Positions 62,353 to 64,000 of a DNA stretch of 64,000 bases are shown here, piece after piece. The translations under genes were made by a program, and so were the position numbers. The notes under the pieces are model-generated. The model was given only the letters and a program-made list of their open reading frames with translations, was not told where the DNA came from and did no database searches. How positions within the stretch are numbered: position 1 is the stretch's first letter; every line of letters begins with the position of its first letter. Origin of the DNA: Utricularia gibba (Eukaryota > Plantae > Magnoliophyta); the NCBI GenBank assembly GCA_002189035.1, contig NEEC01000004.1, positions 2,666,001-2,730,000 on the forward strand, written 5' to 3'.

Positions 62353-64000
62353 TTTGGAGTCTCTTTGGGCTGTGGAAGGTGAAGTGGGAAGAGGAGGATG
62401 AGAATTCCAAGTGGCCGCGCTGTAGACGCCATGGCTTCCCACATATATAGACGGAGAGGAGAGGAGAGGAGAGGGTCGCAAGAGAACAGGGGATGGCGAC
62501 CCCCATAGCATCCACCATCACTTCACGCAATTTGTGTTTTTTTTTAAGTAAAAATAAATATGAACACCGTCTAAATGATATTGGTCCAAACGAATTTCTT
62601 ATTTACTAAATTACTATAGTAACATTAAATGCTTTTTGAACATTGGATTACAGGTTCTTCTAATTAATTTAGAGTTGCTTTGTTGTTGAAATAGATGGTA
62701 ATATGCTGAAATTCAGATTACCATGTTGATTTGTTTGGCTTTGGGGTTGAAGATGCGCATTTCCACCAAGTCTACACCTAAACAAAATGTCAACTTGTCC
62801 TCCTCATGATGGATGAGTTGAATAGGCTATAAAAATAATGTAGTGAAAATATCTCCAAAGTTAGGCATGTCTTTCAATTACATGAAACTCCATGGATCTG
62901 TTTGGGTCAAAATTGGGATGGGCATGAATCAAAATCAATTCACGAGAATGGCAGATTTTGTCTATGAAAAAAATGTTTAAGAATCACTTTTGTCACTAAT
63001 CATGAGTAGTTGATATTTAAAAACACACCTTTTTTTATTTTTAGAAAAACTATAGACTTACTACTTGTGTTGTAGTAAAAATACTTTTGAATGAATGGAA
63101 TCAAATAAACTTTATACCTTATCTATTACACACACAAAATGAATATTGAGATTGATTCATATGGTCACACACATATCAATTATCATTTTTGTTTTGTAAA
63201 TAGTGTGTCGTGTCAGGGGTTGTTGCAGATTGCAACCATGAGCACGGCAAGAACCGGAGCGTGTTTGGTGATCATCCTTCAGGTGAGATTTTCAAGTTAG
63301 TTTAGGCTGTTAAACCTACCGGGCTCTTACTTTTTGTGGCATTCAACCCTCCCCCGTACTCATAAACACACGTGTAAACTAAACATGACTGCTTCAGGAC
63401 AAATGGTAATTGCTATTGCATTTTAATAATCTATTTTTGTTTTTCTCCACACTCGGCACTCTTATGAAGGAAGCAAATTACTTTTTCAAAAGTATGCTCA
63501 TTGCAAAAGGGCAAAGTGTGATGGATGCATGACATGCAACTCAAATAAGAGTAACAAGGTATGAGAATATAAATGAATCTTACAAAGAATAAGATTGAAG
63601 CACCTACCTAAAAGCATCTTCTCCACATGAATGAGAATCATGCTGCTTTTTCAATCTATTGCAAATTTCAACATACATTGGGAATTATATACCATGTGAA
63701 GTGATGTTTTTAAAGTACTTCTAGAACTTTTTTTTTTTTTTTTTCAAGAAAAGTTGAAGTTATCCAAAAGGAGGAATAATAATAATGCGCCATATTTATG
63801 AAAGAAGTGAGCTCCACACGCAACCAGGATGCAGGAAGGGGGAACCCTATTTTCATCACTCCAGTTTGGATACCAGTGGTTTTGAGACAAGCCAATGCCA
63901 TCTGGGGACGAGGGAGGATTTTCATCGGACATGCTAATCTTTGACACGCATGCACCAGATAGGGAAAGACGGCGACAGTGTCTCCTGACTCGTTTATTTT

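Noticed and set aside
63710-63955. Short minus-strand ORFs at the window end
   Set aside because: No recognisable domain or splice structure, and the context is truncated by the window edge.

Overview
Eudicot plant nuclear DNA. The left part (about 1.6-28 kb) is mostly nested, decayed transposons: CRM, Athila, Tekay and copia LTR retroelements, MULEs and PIF/Harbingers. It also holds a polycistronic snoRNA cluster (U31-U33-U51-snoR5 type) at 6.8-7.3 kb. The right part (28-63 kb) is gene-dense: an unrecognised gene, CAD1 (MACPF), an LRR-malectin receptor kinase, a FYVE+SYLF protein, a BES1/BZR1 homologue (BEH4-like), a DnaJ/Jiv90-type protein and a miR164-targeted NAC factor. The best novelty candidates are (1) a TIR-bounded MULE with a second, spliced, convergent coiled-coil ORF arranged like maize mudrB, and (2) a nearly intact PIF/Harbinger carrying a captured PPR fragment and a 12 x 20-bp array directly upstream of its transposase TATA box. 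At least 11 reading-frame breaks are each repaired by adding one base to a short run, which points to systematic consensus errors in the assembly rather than true pseudogenes. Family assignments come from remembered motifs, not database searches, and TE boundaries are approximate.
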